Positions 10,372-20,769 of a DNA stretch of 64,000 bases are shown piece after piece. The position numbers and the translations under genes are program-made. The DNA lies in assembly GCA_040222015.1 (NCBI GenBank), contig JAVJWO010000096.1, positions 19,941 through 83,940 of the forward strand, read 5' to 3'. The stretch is from Coleofasciculus chthonoplastes F2-STO-03 (lineage in GTDB: Bacteria; Cyanobacteriota; Cyanobacteriia; Cyanobacteriales; Coleofasciculaceae). Under the pieces are notes generated by a model. That model did no database searches, was not told where the DNA came from, and worked only from the letters and a program-made list of their open reading frames with translations. Each line of letters starts with the position of its first letter. Position 1 is the first letter of the stretch.

Positions 10372-10910
10372 CATCCTGATTCCATCCACAGATTGTGACA
10401 AAATCAAGACAGATAAACATTAGGAAACTGTATCTCTATGGTGATAATTTTCACCCTCTTCCCCTAACCCCTTCTCCCATCGAGGGAGAAGGGGAACCGG
10501 AATAATTAATGATAAAAAATGTAGCTGGTTAGGTTTTCTCTTGCTCCCCTCTCCCCGGCGTGGGAGAGGGGCTGGGGGTGAGGGGGCGATAGCTAAACTA
10601 TGACACCAATAATCAACAAACATCCTGATTTCATCTACCGATTGTGACAAAATCAATCCAGATAAACATTAGAAAACTGTATCTCCATGGTGATAAATTT
10701 CACCCTCTTCCCCTAACCCCTTCTCCCATCGAGGGCGAAGGGGAACCGGAATAATTAATGATAAAAAATGTAGCTGGCTATATCTTCTCTTACTCCCCTC
10801 TCCCCGGCGTGGGAGAGGGGTTGGGGGTGAGGGGGCGATAACTTAACTACGACACCCCTAATCAACAAACATCCTGATTCCATCCACAGATTGTGGCACA
10901 ATCAAGACAG
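10372..10910. repeat. Tandem repeat with 249-bp period (two full units plus a partial unit)
   Basis: Units start with CATCCTGATT at 10372, 10621 and 10870; each full unit contains paired CCCCTTCTCCC/GGGAGAGGGG hairpins. Confidence 0.9.
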
Positions 10911-10930
10911 AGTTATCGCAAAAATCATCA

Positions 10931-12244
10931 ATGGTCTGGGTCAAGGGACAAAAATTACACGGTCGTCGCTACGTCATTGAACGAAAACTCGGTCAAGGTG
11001 GCTTTGGTATCACCTACCTGGCAAAAGACAGAAAAGGCAAACCCCTCGTTATCAAAACCCTGAAAGACGAGGTGATGACGAATCCCGACTTTATCGATTT
11101 TCGCGATAAATACCAGCGAGATTTTGAGAGGGAAGCCACCCGATTAGCCGTGTGTAAACACCCCCATATTGTCCAGATTGAAAATGTTTTTCATGAACAA
11201 TCCCTTCCCTGTATCGCCATGGAATATATCCAGGGGGAAGATTTATGGCGGCGGGTGAGAAATCGCAGTCCTTTATCGGAAGCTGAAGCATTAGGCTATA
11301 TCCAGCAGATTGGGGAAGCGCTGACACTGGTTCATGATAAGGGCTTATTGCATCGGGATTTAAAACCGCAAAATATTATGGTGCGTTCTGATGTATCAGA
11401 AGCCGTACTCATTGATTTTGGCATTGCTAGAGAATTTATCCCTAATCTGACTCAAACTCATAGTGTTCATGTCACACCGGGTTTTGCTCCCCTTGAGCAG
11501 TATGATGAGCAAGCACATCGAGGGGAATATACGGATGTGTATGGGTTAGCGGCGACATTGTATTGTTTATTGACGACAAAAGTACCACCACCAGCATTTA
11601 TGCGAGTCGGGCGGGATAGGTTGCAATCACCACAGGCGCTGAATTCAAAAGTCAGTGATAGGGTGAATCAAGCCATTTTGACCGGGATGGAACTGCAACC
11701 GGAAAATCGTCCTCAATCGGTTTCGGAATGGTTGCGGTTATTGATTCCTGAGAATTTGGATGAGGAGTTGAGTTCAGAATGTGGTATCGATTACCGCCGA
11801 CTGCGAGATTTATTAGCTGCTGGAGAATGGAAAGAAGCGGATAGAGAAACGGCAGATAAAATGCTGGCTGTGATTGGCAAAGAAAGCTGGTTGGATGTTG
11901 AAAGAGAAGATATAGACCAATTTCCTTGTACTGACCTACGAACGATTGACCGTCTCTGGGTAAAATATAGTAATGGAAGCTTTGGTTTTTCTGTGCAAAA
12001 GCGAATTTGGCAAAGTTTAGGGGGGCAACCAGGCGTGTATGATTATGACATTTATAAAACGTTGGGTGATACCGTGGGTTGGCGTGAAAAAGATGATTGG
12101 TTAATGTATAAAGACCTTACCTTTAGTCTAAATGCCCCCCTTGGGCATCTGCCAAGTGTTGGAGGAGGGGGGAGGAGGAGAAGGGGGAGAGGGAGGGATG
12201 TGGTGATGTATCTCTTCTCTCGCGTCGAGACTTGTAAAATGTAA
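10931..12244 (+). CDS. Ser/Thr protein kinase with C-terminal GUN4 domain
   Basis: GQGGFG, HRDLKPQNI, DFG; GUN4 signature IDYRRLRDLLAAGEWKEADRET...DLRTIDRLW.KYSNG.FGFSVQK.IW...GHLP. Confidence 0.92.
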   Translation: MVWVKGQKLHGRRYVIERKLGQGGFGITYLAKDRKGKPLVIKTLKDEVMTNPDFIDFRDKYQRDFEREATRLAVCKHPHIVQIENVFHEQSLPCIAMEYIQGEDLWRRVRNRSPLSEAEALGYIQQIGEALTLVHDKGLLHRDLKPQNIMVRSDVSEAVLIDFGIAREFIPNLTQTHSVHVTPGFAPLEQYDEQAHRGEYTDVYGLAATLYCLLTTKVPPPAFMRVGRDRLQSPQALNSKVSDRVNQAILTGMELQPENRPQSVSEWLRLLIPENLDEELSSECGIDYRRLRDLLAAGEWKEADRETADKMLAVIGKESWLDVEREDIDQFPCTDLRTIDRLWVKYSNGSFGFSVQKRIWQSLGGQPGVYDYDIYKTLGDTVGWREKDDWLMYKDLTFSLNAPLGHLPSVGGGGRRRRGRGRDVVMYLFSRVETCKM

Positions 12245-12371
12245 CATATAAAGGTTTCAGCAGAATGTAACAATTTACAACAGAGGCAAAATCCACGAGG
12301 TCTTGCGGGTTCTACGTTTCCGATACCTGGCACCGCCCCAACCCAAAAGCAACAGTAATTCAATCAAATGT

Positions 12372-12788
12372 ATGGCTAGAGATGCCTTTCATAACGCAGT
12401 AAAAGTGGCACGACAAAAAGAAGGCTGGGTAATTACGGCTGATCCGCTACAGATTAAGTTTGGCAAGCTTGACTTGTATATTGATTTAGGTGCAGAACAG
12501 GTTATCGGCGCAGAGCAAAATGGACAGAAAATAGCCATTGAAATTAAGAGTTTTCTGGGACAGTCTACGGTTACTGAATTTCACAGAGCGGTTGGACAAT
12601 TTATTAGTTACCGAGATGTCCTCAGAGTGGTTGAGCCGGAGAGAGTTCTCTATCTCGCTGTACCACAACTTATCTATGATGATTTTTTTAAAGTGCAAGA
12701 GTTGGCTCAGTTAGTCGTACAAACGAATCAAATTAAAATCATTGTATATAACCCAGTTTTGGAGACAATTGTGCAATGGATAAACTAG
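12372..12788 (+). CDS. xisH: XisH family protein
   Basis: MARDAFH.AV...GW.IT.DP...IDLGAE...IAIEIKSF; ATG at 12372 is more likely than the track start at 12303. Confidence 0.9.
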   Translation: MARDAFHNAVKVARQKEGWVITADPLQIKFGKLDLYIDLGAEQVIGAEQNGQKIAIEIKSFLGQSTVTEFHRAVGQFISYRDVLRVVEPERVLYLAVPQLIYDDFFKVQELAQLVVQTNQIKIIVYNPVLETIVQWIN

Positions 12789-13114
12789 AACGATATCGTC
12801 AAGCTGTCCAGCAAGTCTTAACCAAATATGGCAGCTATAAACCGATGAACGTACAGGTTGAAGTACAGATGATTTTTGACACTGAACGCGACTATTATCA
12901 AGTGGTGAGTGTGGGTTGGCACAACGAGAGACGAATCCACAGTTGCTCAATGCATATCGATATTAAGCCGGATGGTAAGGTATGGATACAGCTTAATAAT
13001 ACTGAGGCTCATTTAGCCGATGAGTTGATGGAATTGGGCGTAAATCGGGAGGATATCGTATTAGGATTTCATAGTCCTTATATGCGACAATTTACCGATT
13101 TTGCCGTTGGTTAA
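12776..13114 (+). CDS. xisI: XisI family protein
   Basis: MDKLERYR...FDTERD.YQ...GW...HIDI..GKVWIQ..NTE...DIVLGF. Confidence 0.92.
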   Translation: MDKLERYRQAVQQVLTKYGSYKPMNVQVEVQMIFDTERDYYQVVSVGWHNERRIHSCSMHIDIKPDGKVWIQLNNTEAHLADELMELGVNREDIVLGFHSPYMRQFTDFAVG

Positions 13115-13244
13115 TTGTGCAACCAAACTGCACGACAGCCAAAACCCACACCTGCGACTACGCCAACATCACAACAGGTTCACCCAGAAACACATACCGC
13201 ACCTGGCACCGCCCCAACTCCACAATAAAACACTCATAAAAATG

Positions 13245-13808
13245 CTATTTTTTCATTTTTAACCAACCAAAGACTTGCTCAACGGTTAATGTTAATGGAA
13301 TTCCTTCTAACCCAATTAACGCATCACGATTATTCCGTAACTCCGGTTGTTGTTGAGGCTGAAAGACTAAAATTGAACGGTCATCTGGGTCAAGTAGCCA
13401 TCCCAATTGACACCCATATTGGAGCGCGTGCAGAATATTACCTGTAACCTGATTAGAACTTTGGTTGGGTGAGAGAATTTCAATCATCCAATCTGGCGGG
13501 ATGACCACATCATCAAGGGGTTCGCCTTGTTCATCAAACTGAATATGTTCCCACCGCAGAACCGCTATATCGGCAACAATTGACCGTCCGCCAAAGGTAC
13601 AACGCAGTTCAGGAAAAGCAGAAGCAAGTTGTTCGGCTTCGCTAACATTATTAATCGACTGAATCAACTTACTCTGAAGTCGAGAATGGCGAGTTTTTTG
13701 CATTGGCTTCTGCACAATTTTGCCGTCAATATATTCCCTGGCGGGTTTGGTTTCGGGTTGTTGGAGAAATTCGGCTAGAGTAAGGGTTAGGGATGGTGTT
13801 TGTACCAT
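13245..13808 (-). CDS. Uma2 family (DUF820) endonuclease
   Basis: TL.EFL..PETKPA.EYIDG, PDW.IEILSP. Confidence 0.9.
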   Translation of the reverse strand: MVQTPSLTLTLAEFLQQPETKPAREYIDGKIVQKPMQKTRHSRLQSKLIQSINNVSEAEQLASAFPELRCTFGGRSIVADIAVLRWEHIQFDEQGEPLDDVVIPPDWMIEILSPNQSSNQVTGNILHALQYGCQLGWLLDPDDRSILVFQPQQQPELRNNRDALIGLEGIPLTLTVEQVFGWLKMKK

Positions 13809-13997
13809 TTAGAGTTATCTCCAATAGGTGACAAGAATAAAATGATGATGCTGTTTAATTAACCATGGGATCAGACCTCTTATTTGGAGGGGCTTTCAGA
13901 CTCCCATTTCCGTGCAACAAAAGCGAAGCATCCTTATAACAATATATTAATCTTAATTGAGTATCAGGCAAAATGATTAACCTATCTAACAGTTTAG

Positions 13998-14768
13998 CTA
14001 GGAACAAGGATGCGATCGCGCAAATTCTGCCATCAAGGGTTGATAGTGACGACTGGAGAAGGGACGATAATCCTTGCTCGCATCAACGCTCATTTTACAC
14101 AATAACCGAAACTGTAAGGGTGTCGGCGCTTTATTGACACGTTCTACCTGTACCTCCAGGTTTAAGTTTTGTTGAAGTAAATCAAACATTTCTGCCAGCA
14201 AATATCGCGGACAATAACCGACAATGTAGTGGTCTTCTGTGGTTAAAATTAAAGCTTGAGCATCGTAAGGATTTTGAAATTCGTGAGCTAACCATAATTT
14301 GTTACCCGATTCAAACTGATTAATCCGCTCAATGGCACAGCTCGGCAAATGTCGCAGCCCATGGGAGAAAAAGTATAAATGATACTGTCCTTGTGTATTA
14401 ACTTCCGGACAAGGAAAAACAGCAAGTGTATCCGTTTCTCTTTCCCCACCACTGCGGGCTAAAATTGTCATGGGGTCATGTTCATCGTTGGGAATATTTA
14501 ACCATTCCATAAAACTAGAATAATCTGGACGCGATCGCGACATTAACCGATTCGCAAAGACGGGGAATAATTGAGTTGATGTATAAACTTCATCTAAGTA
14601 CGGAAACGAAGATAATGGCTGAAAAGCACATTTGGCTTCCGCCTCTGTTACCCCTTGAGTATAAACAAATTGATAGAGTCTTCCATCAAAGGTTAACCGA
14701 CCAATCGGGAACCAATAGCGACTCATCGGATCTTGCCAAGCTAAAAATAGTGTTTTTGGTGTCTTCAA
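13998..14768 (-). CDS. HIRAN-domain protein, putative partner of the HipA-like kinase
   Basis: LFLAWQDP..R.WFPIGRL, LFP.F.NR...SRPDY; C-terminal NPYD.QA...VGYCPRYL. Confidence 0.8.
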   Translation of the reverse strand: MKTPKTLFLAWQDPMSRYWFPIGRLTFDGRLYQFVYTQGVTEAEAKCAFQPLSSFPYLDEVYTSTQLFPVFANRLMSRSRPDYSSFMEWLNIPNDEHDPMTILARSGGERETDTLAVFPCPEVNTQGQYHLYFFSHGLRHLPSCAIERINQFESGNKLWLAHEFQNPYDAQALILTTEDHYIVGYCPRYLLAEMFDLLQQNLNLEVQVERVNKAPTPLQFRLLCKMSVDASKDYRPFSSRHYQPLMAEFARSHPCS

Positions 14769-15685
14769 GGTCGTGTTTTCCTCAAGGTAAGTAGCCGATG
14801 TTTATTGATATCCAGAATCTCCTGAGCAAAGTGGCTGGCTTCGGGAGAAATGCGCGATCGGTTAATGCGATTAAAGATGGCTAAAGTATTAGCCTTTTGG
14901 ATCGTTTCCAGCCGCGCCAACCACACAGAAGCCGCTTGGGGATAGCGATGAGCCACGAGTGAGAACACATCAAAGGTTTTAAGCGTTTTTCTATCATCAA
15001 CACTGCCATAAAACGCCGAAAAACATTTATTGGCATAAGCCTGAACTGAGCGTTTCTGCCTTTGCTCGTCAGAGAGATCGCGTCCTAAACTGGAAGCATG
15101 GTCATAGGTTGGTGCTAGGTGTTCAGTTTCAGCGGACGCTGATGCTATTTTCATGCGAACAATTCCCCAATTTTCATGGTGACGATCGCCATTACCAATC
15201 CATGCATCTAGCAGCAGATAACCAACAAACACATCTACTGCTGTTTGGATACCAGAGGGCGGTGTCCAATCAATCGGTAAATGGACAGATTCCCCGGCAA
15301 TCACCCTTAATACTCTATCTATTGTATGTTGTGATATACCATACGTCCCAAACGCCGGATAGTTCGGCACAATTGAGGAAAGCAGTTCGTTACCATGAAC
15401 CAGCGTCCCCGATTTCGGTAAAAAGTTAGGTGAAACGACACCGCGATCGCCTTTCCAGGTAGAAGCCAATTCGTAAACCGCATGGGGAAGTCCCAATAGT
15501 TGGCATAATTCTGAGGCGACTTTTTCTGCCCAATCTTCCCCCAGGTTGGGTCTGCTTTGTTTATAAAGACAACGACCCAGTTTTTCGTGGTAGAACCAAA
15601 ACTTATATTTACTCCCTAACGCTTCATTCGAGGAGGCTTCATACGCTTCTTGCGTGACCAGTAAGATTGGGAATTCATCGGTCAT
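14765..15685 (-). CDS. HipA-like kinase
   Basis: GSKYKFW, GEDWAEK.ASEL, DAWIGNGDRHHENWG, LAPTYDHASSL. Confidence 0.85.
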   Translation of the reverse strand: MTDEFPILLVTQEAYEASSNEALGSKYKFWFYHEKLGRCLYKQSRPNLGEDWAEKVASELCQLLGLPHAVYELASTWKGDRGVVSPNFLPKSGTLVHGNELLSSIVPNYPAFGTYGISQHTIDRVLRVIAGESVHLPIDWTPPSGIQTAVDVFVGYLLLDAWIGNGDRHHENWGIVRMKIASASAETEHLAPTYDHASSLGRDLSDEQRQKRSVQAYANKCFSAFYGSVDDRKTLKTFDVFSLVAHRYPQAASVWLARLETIQKANTLAIFNRINRSRISPEASHFAQEILDINKHRLLTLRKTRP

Positions 15686-15927
15686 AAATCAGACATACAG
15701 TCTCTAACCGTTGGTCGGTCTGCATGAGTTGGTGAACGGAGGGAACTTGCAGGTAGAGTCATAACGGCTACGGTGTTGCCTAACCTATCAAAAAATTCAA
15801 CACTATAACCCGTTTCTAGTTCGGCAACGTTATGTTTTTCGACAACTGTACCGATATCACCTGCATAAAGTCCAGCTTCAGGAATATCGCCAAGCAAGAT
15901 AACGTCTGAATAAAGTTCGTAATCCAT
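15682..15927 (-). CDS. DUF4926 family small protein
   Basis: LY.DV.L..DIPE.GL..GD.GTVVE...GY.VEFF...G.TVAV. Confidence 0.8.
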   Translation of the reverse strand: MDYELYSDVILLGDIPEAGLYAGDIGTVVEKHNVAELETGYSVEFFDRLGNTVAVMTLPASSLRSPTHADRPTVRDCMSDL

Positions 15928-16059
15928 GGTATCCTCTATTCATGGCTCTAGTAGCCGTTCAGTCAGCAATCTTTATAAGCCTAATTCTTCCCGCAATGAT
16001 TGCAGTGCGATCGCGATTGGGAATCATCACCGCTTTTTCTAGGCGTGTACCGATTACAC

Positions 16060-16122
16060 TGTAGGGGCGACCCGCTTGCATTAATGAACAACGCTGTCCA
16101 TTTAATTGACTCGGGTCGCCCT
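16060..16122. repeat. REP doublet, family B (GGGCGACCCG...CGGGTCGCCC)
   Basis: Homologous along its length to the copies at 55372-55434 and 56686-56747. Confidence 0.85.
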
Positions 16123-16135
16123 ATGAATCCTTACG

Positions 16136-16168
16136 TAGGGTGCGTTAGCGAAGCGTAACGCACCCTAC
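16136..16168. repeat. GTAG palindrome just downstream of gltB; possible terminator
   Basis: GTAGGGTGCGTTA-GCGAAGCG-TAACGCACCCTAC. Confidence 0.75.
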
Positions 16169-16179
16169 GTAAGGCTGGA

Positions 16180-19100
16180 CTAGCTACCGCTAATCCGGGC
16201 TAAATCGCGGGCGTTTTCTTCAAACGCAGCCGTTAGCGCATCATCCCCACTTAACCCGGCTTCTTCGGCTTTATTCAAACAAGCCAATACCCGCTTGTAA
16301 TCCCTGGGTATCACCTTGACAAACTTCGGCACCATTTCTGTCCAATTCGCCAAGATGGTTAATCCCAGTTGACTCTTGGTGTACTCGACGTGTTTGGCAA
16401 TCATTTGGTGGATGATTTCAATCTCCTCCTCATCTTCCAGTTTCTCTAAGTCGGACATCTGGGTATTGCAACGAGTGGCAAAATCCCCTTTCTCATCCAA
16501 CACATAGGCGACACCGCCACTCATTCCAGCGGCAAAGTTGCGCCCGGTTGCACCAAGAACCACCACTTTCCCCCCAGTCATATATTCGCACCCATGATCT
16601 CCCACGGCTTCAACTACCGCGTTAACCCCTGAGTTGCGAACACAGAACCGTTCACCTGCCATTCCCCGAATATAAACTTCACCAGAGGTTGCGCCATAGA
16701 GGGCGACATTACCGACAATGATATTTTCACGGGGGACAAAGGTGGAACGGGCGGGAGGATAGAGGATTAATTTACCCCCGGATAATCCTTTGCCAAAGTA
16801 GTCATTGGCATCTCCTTCTAGTTCTAAGCTGACGCCCTTGGGTACAAACGCGCCGAAGCTTTGACCCGCACTTCCTTGGAAATGCAGATGGATGGTATCC
16901 TCCGGTAACCCCTGCCAATGACGCTTGGTGATTTCATTGCCTAAAATCGTGCCCACCGCCCGATTGGTATTCTGAATCGGTAGGGTAGCCGTTACCTTTT
17001 CACCCTTTGCGATCGCACCTTTGCATAAGTCTAGCAGAACCCTCATATCCAGGGACTTATCCAACCCATGATCCTGGGGAATCTGACAATAGCGCCCAAT
17101 TTCGGGTCCCACATCCGGTTGATAGAGAATCTGGGATAAATCTAATCCCTTCGCCTTCCAATGATCCACCGCCTGCTTCGCTTCCAAGACATCCACACGC
17201 CCAACCATTTCATTCAGGGTGCGGAATCCCAGTTGCGCCATGATTTCCCGCACTTCTTGGGCGACAAATCCCATGAAGTTTACCGTATGATCTGGATTGC
17301 CAATGAAACTCTGACGTAGCAGGGGGTTCTGAGTGGCAATTCCCGCCGGACAGGTGTTTTTTTGACAAACTCGCATCATAATGCAGCCCAGGGACACCAG
17401 AGGTGCCGTAGAGAAGCCAAATTCCTCTGCCCCCAATAGCGCCGCAATTGCCACATCGCGCCCGGTTTTCATTTGACCATCGGTTTCTACCACAATCCGC
17501 GATCGCAGATCATTTAATACCAGGGTTTGATGGGTTTCCGCAACCCCTAATTCCCAGGGTAATCCGGCGTGTTTAATCGAGGTTTGCGGCGATGCACCGG
17601 TTCCGCCATCAAAACCAGAAATGAGTACCACATCCGCATGGGCTTTTGCCACCCCCGCCGCGATAGTTCCCACACCCACCTCAGACACCAGTTTCACATT
17701 AATCCGGGCGTCGCGGTTGGCGTTTTTCAAGTCATGAATTAACTCGGCTAAGTCTTCAATTGAGTAGATATCGTGGTGCGGTGGTGGTGAAATTAACCCG
17801 ACTCCAGGGGTAGAGTTGCGTACCTTAGCAATCCAAGGATATACCTTGCGCCCCGGTAACTGTCCCCCTTCTCCCGGTTTCGCCCCCTGCGCCATCTTAA
17901 TTTGGAGTTCCTTGGCTTTAGACAGATACAAACTGTTGACGCCAAACCGCCCGGATGCGACTTGTTTAATCCCGCTGTTCTTAGAATCCCCCCGTTCATT
18001 TGTCCAGGTATAGCGTTCGGGATCTTCTCCGCCTTCCCCGGTATTGGATTTCCCGCCAATCCGGTTCATGGCTATGGCTAGGGATTCATGTGCCTCTTTG
18101 GAAATTGAACCATAACTCATCGCCCCGGTTTTGAACCGTCGGGTAATCGCTTCCACGGGTTCGACTTCCTCTAAGGGAATCGGGTCGCGTTTTTTGAATT
18201 GCAGGAGTCCGCGTAGGGTAAAATGTTGCTGGGTCTGCTCATTAATTAGGGCAGCATATTCTTTATACAGGTCATAGCTACCCTGACGCACGGCGTTTTG
18301 CAGGGCGTGGATGGTTTGGGGACTTAATAGGTGTGCTTCCCCGTCTTTGCGCCACTGATATTCGCCGCCAGCATCTAGGGTATGTCCATTTACTTCTCGA
18401 TCCGGGAAGGCGTGACTATGGCGCATAATTGCTTCTTGGGCAATTACGTCTAAATCCGCCCCTTCAATCCGGGTGGCTGTCCAGGTAAAGTATTTATCAA
18501 CCAGGGCTTGTTTGAGTCCAATGGTTTCAAAGATTTGGGCGCCGCGATAGCTTTGGATGGTGGAAATGCCAATCTTGGAGGCGACTTTAATTACACCTTT
18601 GGTGGCGGCTTTGATATAGTTTTTGTACGCCGTCTTGGGATCAATATTCTCCAGCAAGCCCTGGCTGATCATATCGTCAATGGTTTCAAACATCAGATAG
18701 GGATTAATCCCGCCGCAGCCATAACCGATAAGCAGCGCATGATGATGAACTTCGCGAGGTTCTCCGGATTCTAAGACGATTCCCACTTTAGTCCGGGTTT
18801 TTTTGCGGATTAAGTGGTGATGTAATCCAGCCACCGCAAGTAAGGCGGGGATGGGTGCATGGTCTTTGTCAACGCCGCGATCGCTGAGAATAATGATACT
18901 GGTTCCTTGTGCGATCGCGCTATCCGCTTTCCCACAAATCTCATCCATCGCCGTTTCCAATCCCTTCACCCCAGCCTTGGGGTCAAATAGAATCGGAAGG
19001 GTGACAGATTTAAACTCCCCTTCGGATACATATTTCAGCTTTGCCAATTCCTCGTTCGTCAGAATCGGCGTTTTCAGTTCAATTAAATGACAACTCTGGG

Positions 19101-20769
19101 GTTCGGGTTCGAGTAAGTTGCGTTCTGAACCAATCGTAGTTTCCGCCGAGGTGATAATTTCTTCCCGAATCGAATCAATTGGGGGATTGGTGACTTGGGC
19201 GAAGAGTTGCTGGAAATAATTGTACAGTAACTTCGGGCGATCCGATAACACCGCCAATGGTGTATCCGAACCCATCGAACCCACAGCTTCTACCCCATTC
19301 TGTGCCATCGGCGCCATCAGCATCCGTAGTTCCTCGAAGGTATAGCCGAATGCGATTTGTCGTTGAATTAGGGTGTCGGGTTCCGGTTGGGGGACTTCTG
19401 GCGCATCTTTTAACTGTGCCAGTTCCATCATGTATTCGTCAATCCACTCTTGATAGGGATGTTCGGTAATAATTGCCTGTTTCAATTCCTCATCAGCAAT
19501 AATCCGCCCCTCTTCCATATTCACCAAGAACATCCGCCCTGGTTGCAAGCGCCCTTTAAACGCTACGTCTTCGGGTTCCACGGGTAAGACTCCGGCTTCG
19601 GATGCCATAATTACCCGATCATCTTTGGTCACATAATACCGCGATGGACGCAACCCATTCCGATCCAAAACTGCCCCAATCGTCGTACCATCGGTAAAGG
19701 CAATAGACGCAGGACCATCCCAGGGTTCCATCAGACAGGAGTGATACTCATAGAATGCCTTTGTCTCATCACTCATCGACTCATGATTTGTCCAGGGTTC
19801 TGGAATCATCATCATTACCGCATGGGGTAAAGAACGACCAGACAAGACTAACATTTCTAGGGAGTTGTCGAATATCGCCGAATCACTCCCTTCTAAATCA
19901 ATAACCGGCTGAATTTTCTCCAAGTCATCGCCAAACAGCTTCGATTTAAACAGCGACTGTCGAGCGTGCATCCAGTTAATATTACCCCGTAAGGTATTAA
20001 TTTCCCCATTATGGGCGATATAGCGATAGGGATGGGCGCGTTCCCAACTGGGGAAGGTGTTGGTGCTAAACCGGGAATGCACCAAGGCTAAGGCGCTACG
20101 AAGATCTGGATCATGGAGTTCGGGATAATATTGTCCCACCTGTAGTGGCGTCAGCATCCCCTTGTATACAATTGTCCGACAGGAGAGGCTAGCGATATAC
20201 CAGCAGGGGTCAACCTCTGACTGACGAATTTCTTTTTCCGCCCGTTTCAGGATCACATAGAGTTTCCGTTCAAAAGACAGATCATCAGCCAGGTTGGGGG
20301 AACGCTGGAGGAACACCTGTTGCATGAACGGTTCACCCAGTTTAGCGATACTCCCCAGGGGTGAGTCATCCACGGGAACATCTCGCCAACCCAGAACCGT
20401 TTGCCCTTCTTCGGTGGCGATTTTCTCAAAAATCTGGCGACTCTGCTGGCGAATCATCGGATCAGGGGAGGTAAAAATCGCCCCTACTCCATATTCACCG
20501 GCTTCCGGTAGGGTAATGTTATCAGCGGCGGCGACTTTCCGCATAAACTGATCTGGGATTTGGATTAAAATCCCCGCGCCATCCCCAGTGTTCGGTTCAC
20601 AACCACAGGCGCCGCGATGTTCCAGGTTTGCCAGAATCGTTAGCCCTTGTTCCACGATATCGTGAGATTTGTTTCCCTTCATCTGCACGACGAATCCGAC
20701 ACCGCAAGCATCGTGTTCAAACTGTGGATCGTATAAACCTTGTTTTTTTGGCAGTTGGTTGCTTTTCAT
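16180..20769 (-). CDS. gltB: Glutamate synthase large subunit
   Basis: [51 protein letters not shown]; likely start is MKSNQ at 20769 because the upstream extension lies in a REP. Confidence 0.97.
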   Translation of the reverse strand: MKSNQLPKKQGLYDPQFEHDACGVGFVVQMKGNKSHDIVEQGLTILANLEHRGACGCEPNTGDGAGILIQIPDQFMRKVAAADNITLPEAGEYGVGAIFTSPDPMIRQQSRQIFEKIATEEGQTVLGWRDVPVDDSPLGSIAKLGEPFMQQVFLQRSPNLADDLSFERKLYVILKRAEKEIRQSEVDPCWYIASLSCRTIVYKGMLTPLQVGQYYPELHDPDLRSALALVHSRFSTNTFPSWERAHPYRYIAHNGEINTLRGNINWMHARQSLFKSKLFGDDLEKIQPVIDLEGSDSAIFDNSLEMLVLSGRSLPHAVMMMIPEPWTNHESMSDETKAFYEYHSCLMEPWDGPASIAFTDGTTIGAVLDRNGLRPSRYYVTKDDRVIMASEAGVLPVEPEDVAFKGRLQPGRMFLVNMEEGRIIADEELKQAIITEHPYQEWIDEYMMELAQLKDAPEVPQPEPDTLIQRQIAFGYTFEELRMLMAPMAQNGVEAVGSMGSDTPLAVLSDRPKLLYNYFQQLFAQVTNPPIDSIREEIITSAETTIGSERNLLEPEPQSCHLIELKTPILTNEELAKLKYVSEGEFKSVTLPILFDPKAGVKGLETAMDEICGKADSAIAQGTSIIILSDRGVDKDHAPIPALLAVAGLHHHLIRKKTRTKVGIVLESGEPREVHHHALLIGYGCGGINPYLMFETIDDMISQGLLENIDPKTAYKNYIKAATKGVIKVASKIGISTIQSYRGAQIFETIGLKQALVDKYFTWTATRIEGADLDVIAQEAIMRHSHAFPDREVNGHTLDAGGEYQWRKDGEAHLLSPQTIHALQNAVRQGSYDLYKEYAALINEQTQQHFTLRGLLQFKKRDPIPLEEVEPVEAITRRFKTGAMSYGSISKEAHESLAIAMNRIGGKSNTGEGGEDPERYTWTNERGDSKNSGIKQVASGRFGVNSLYLSKAKELQIKMAQGAKPGEGGQLPGRKVYPWIAKVRNSTPGVGLISPPPHHDIYSIEDLAELIHDLKNANRDARINVKLVSEVGVGTIAAGVAKAHADVVLISGFDGGTGASPQTSIKHAGLPWELGVAETHQTLVLNDLRSRIVVETDGQMKTGRDVAIAALLGAEEFGFSTAPLVSLGCIMMRVCQKNTCPAGIATQNPLLRQSFIGNPDHTVNFMGFVAQEVREIMAQLGFRTLNEMVGRVDVLEAKQAVDHWKAKGLDLSQILYQPDVGPEIGRYCQIPQDHGLDKSLDMRVLLDLCKGAIAKGEKVTATLPIQNTNRAVGTILGNEITKRHWQGLPEDTIHLHFQGSAGQSFGAFVPKGVSLELEGDANDYFGKGLSGGKLILYPPARSTFVPRENIIVGNVALYGATSGEVYIRGMAGERFCVRNSGVNAVVEAVGDHGCEYMTGGKVVVLGATGRNFAAGMSGGVAYVLDEKGDFATRCNTQMSDLEKLEDEEEIEIIHQMIAKHVEYTKSQLGLTILANWTEMVPKFVKVIPRDYKRVLACLNKAEEAGLSGDDALTAAFEENARDLARISGS

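Noticed and set aside
10372..10910. Possible CRISPR or integron attC array; ORF 10420-10656
   Set aside because: It is a plain tandem duplication with no cassette ORFs or integrase; the ORF is translated repeat DNA.
12372..13114. fdxN-type excision element
   Set aside because: No XisF-like recombinase and no interrupted nif/fdx gene; xisH-xisI pairs are commonly stand-alone.
10931..13243. Canonical DGR acting on the GUN4 kinase
   Set aside because: No reverse transcriptase, no Avd and no template repeat differing at adenines was found in the window.
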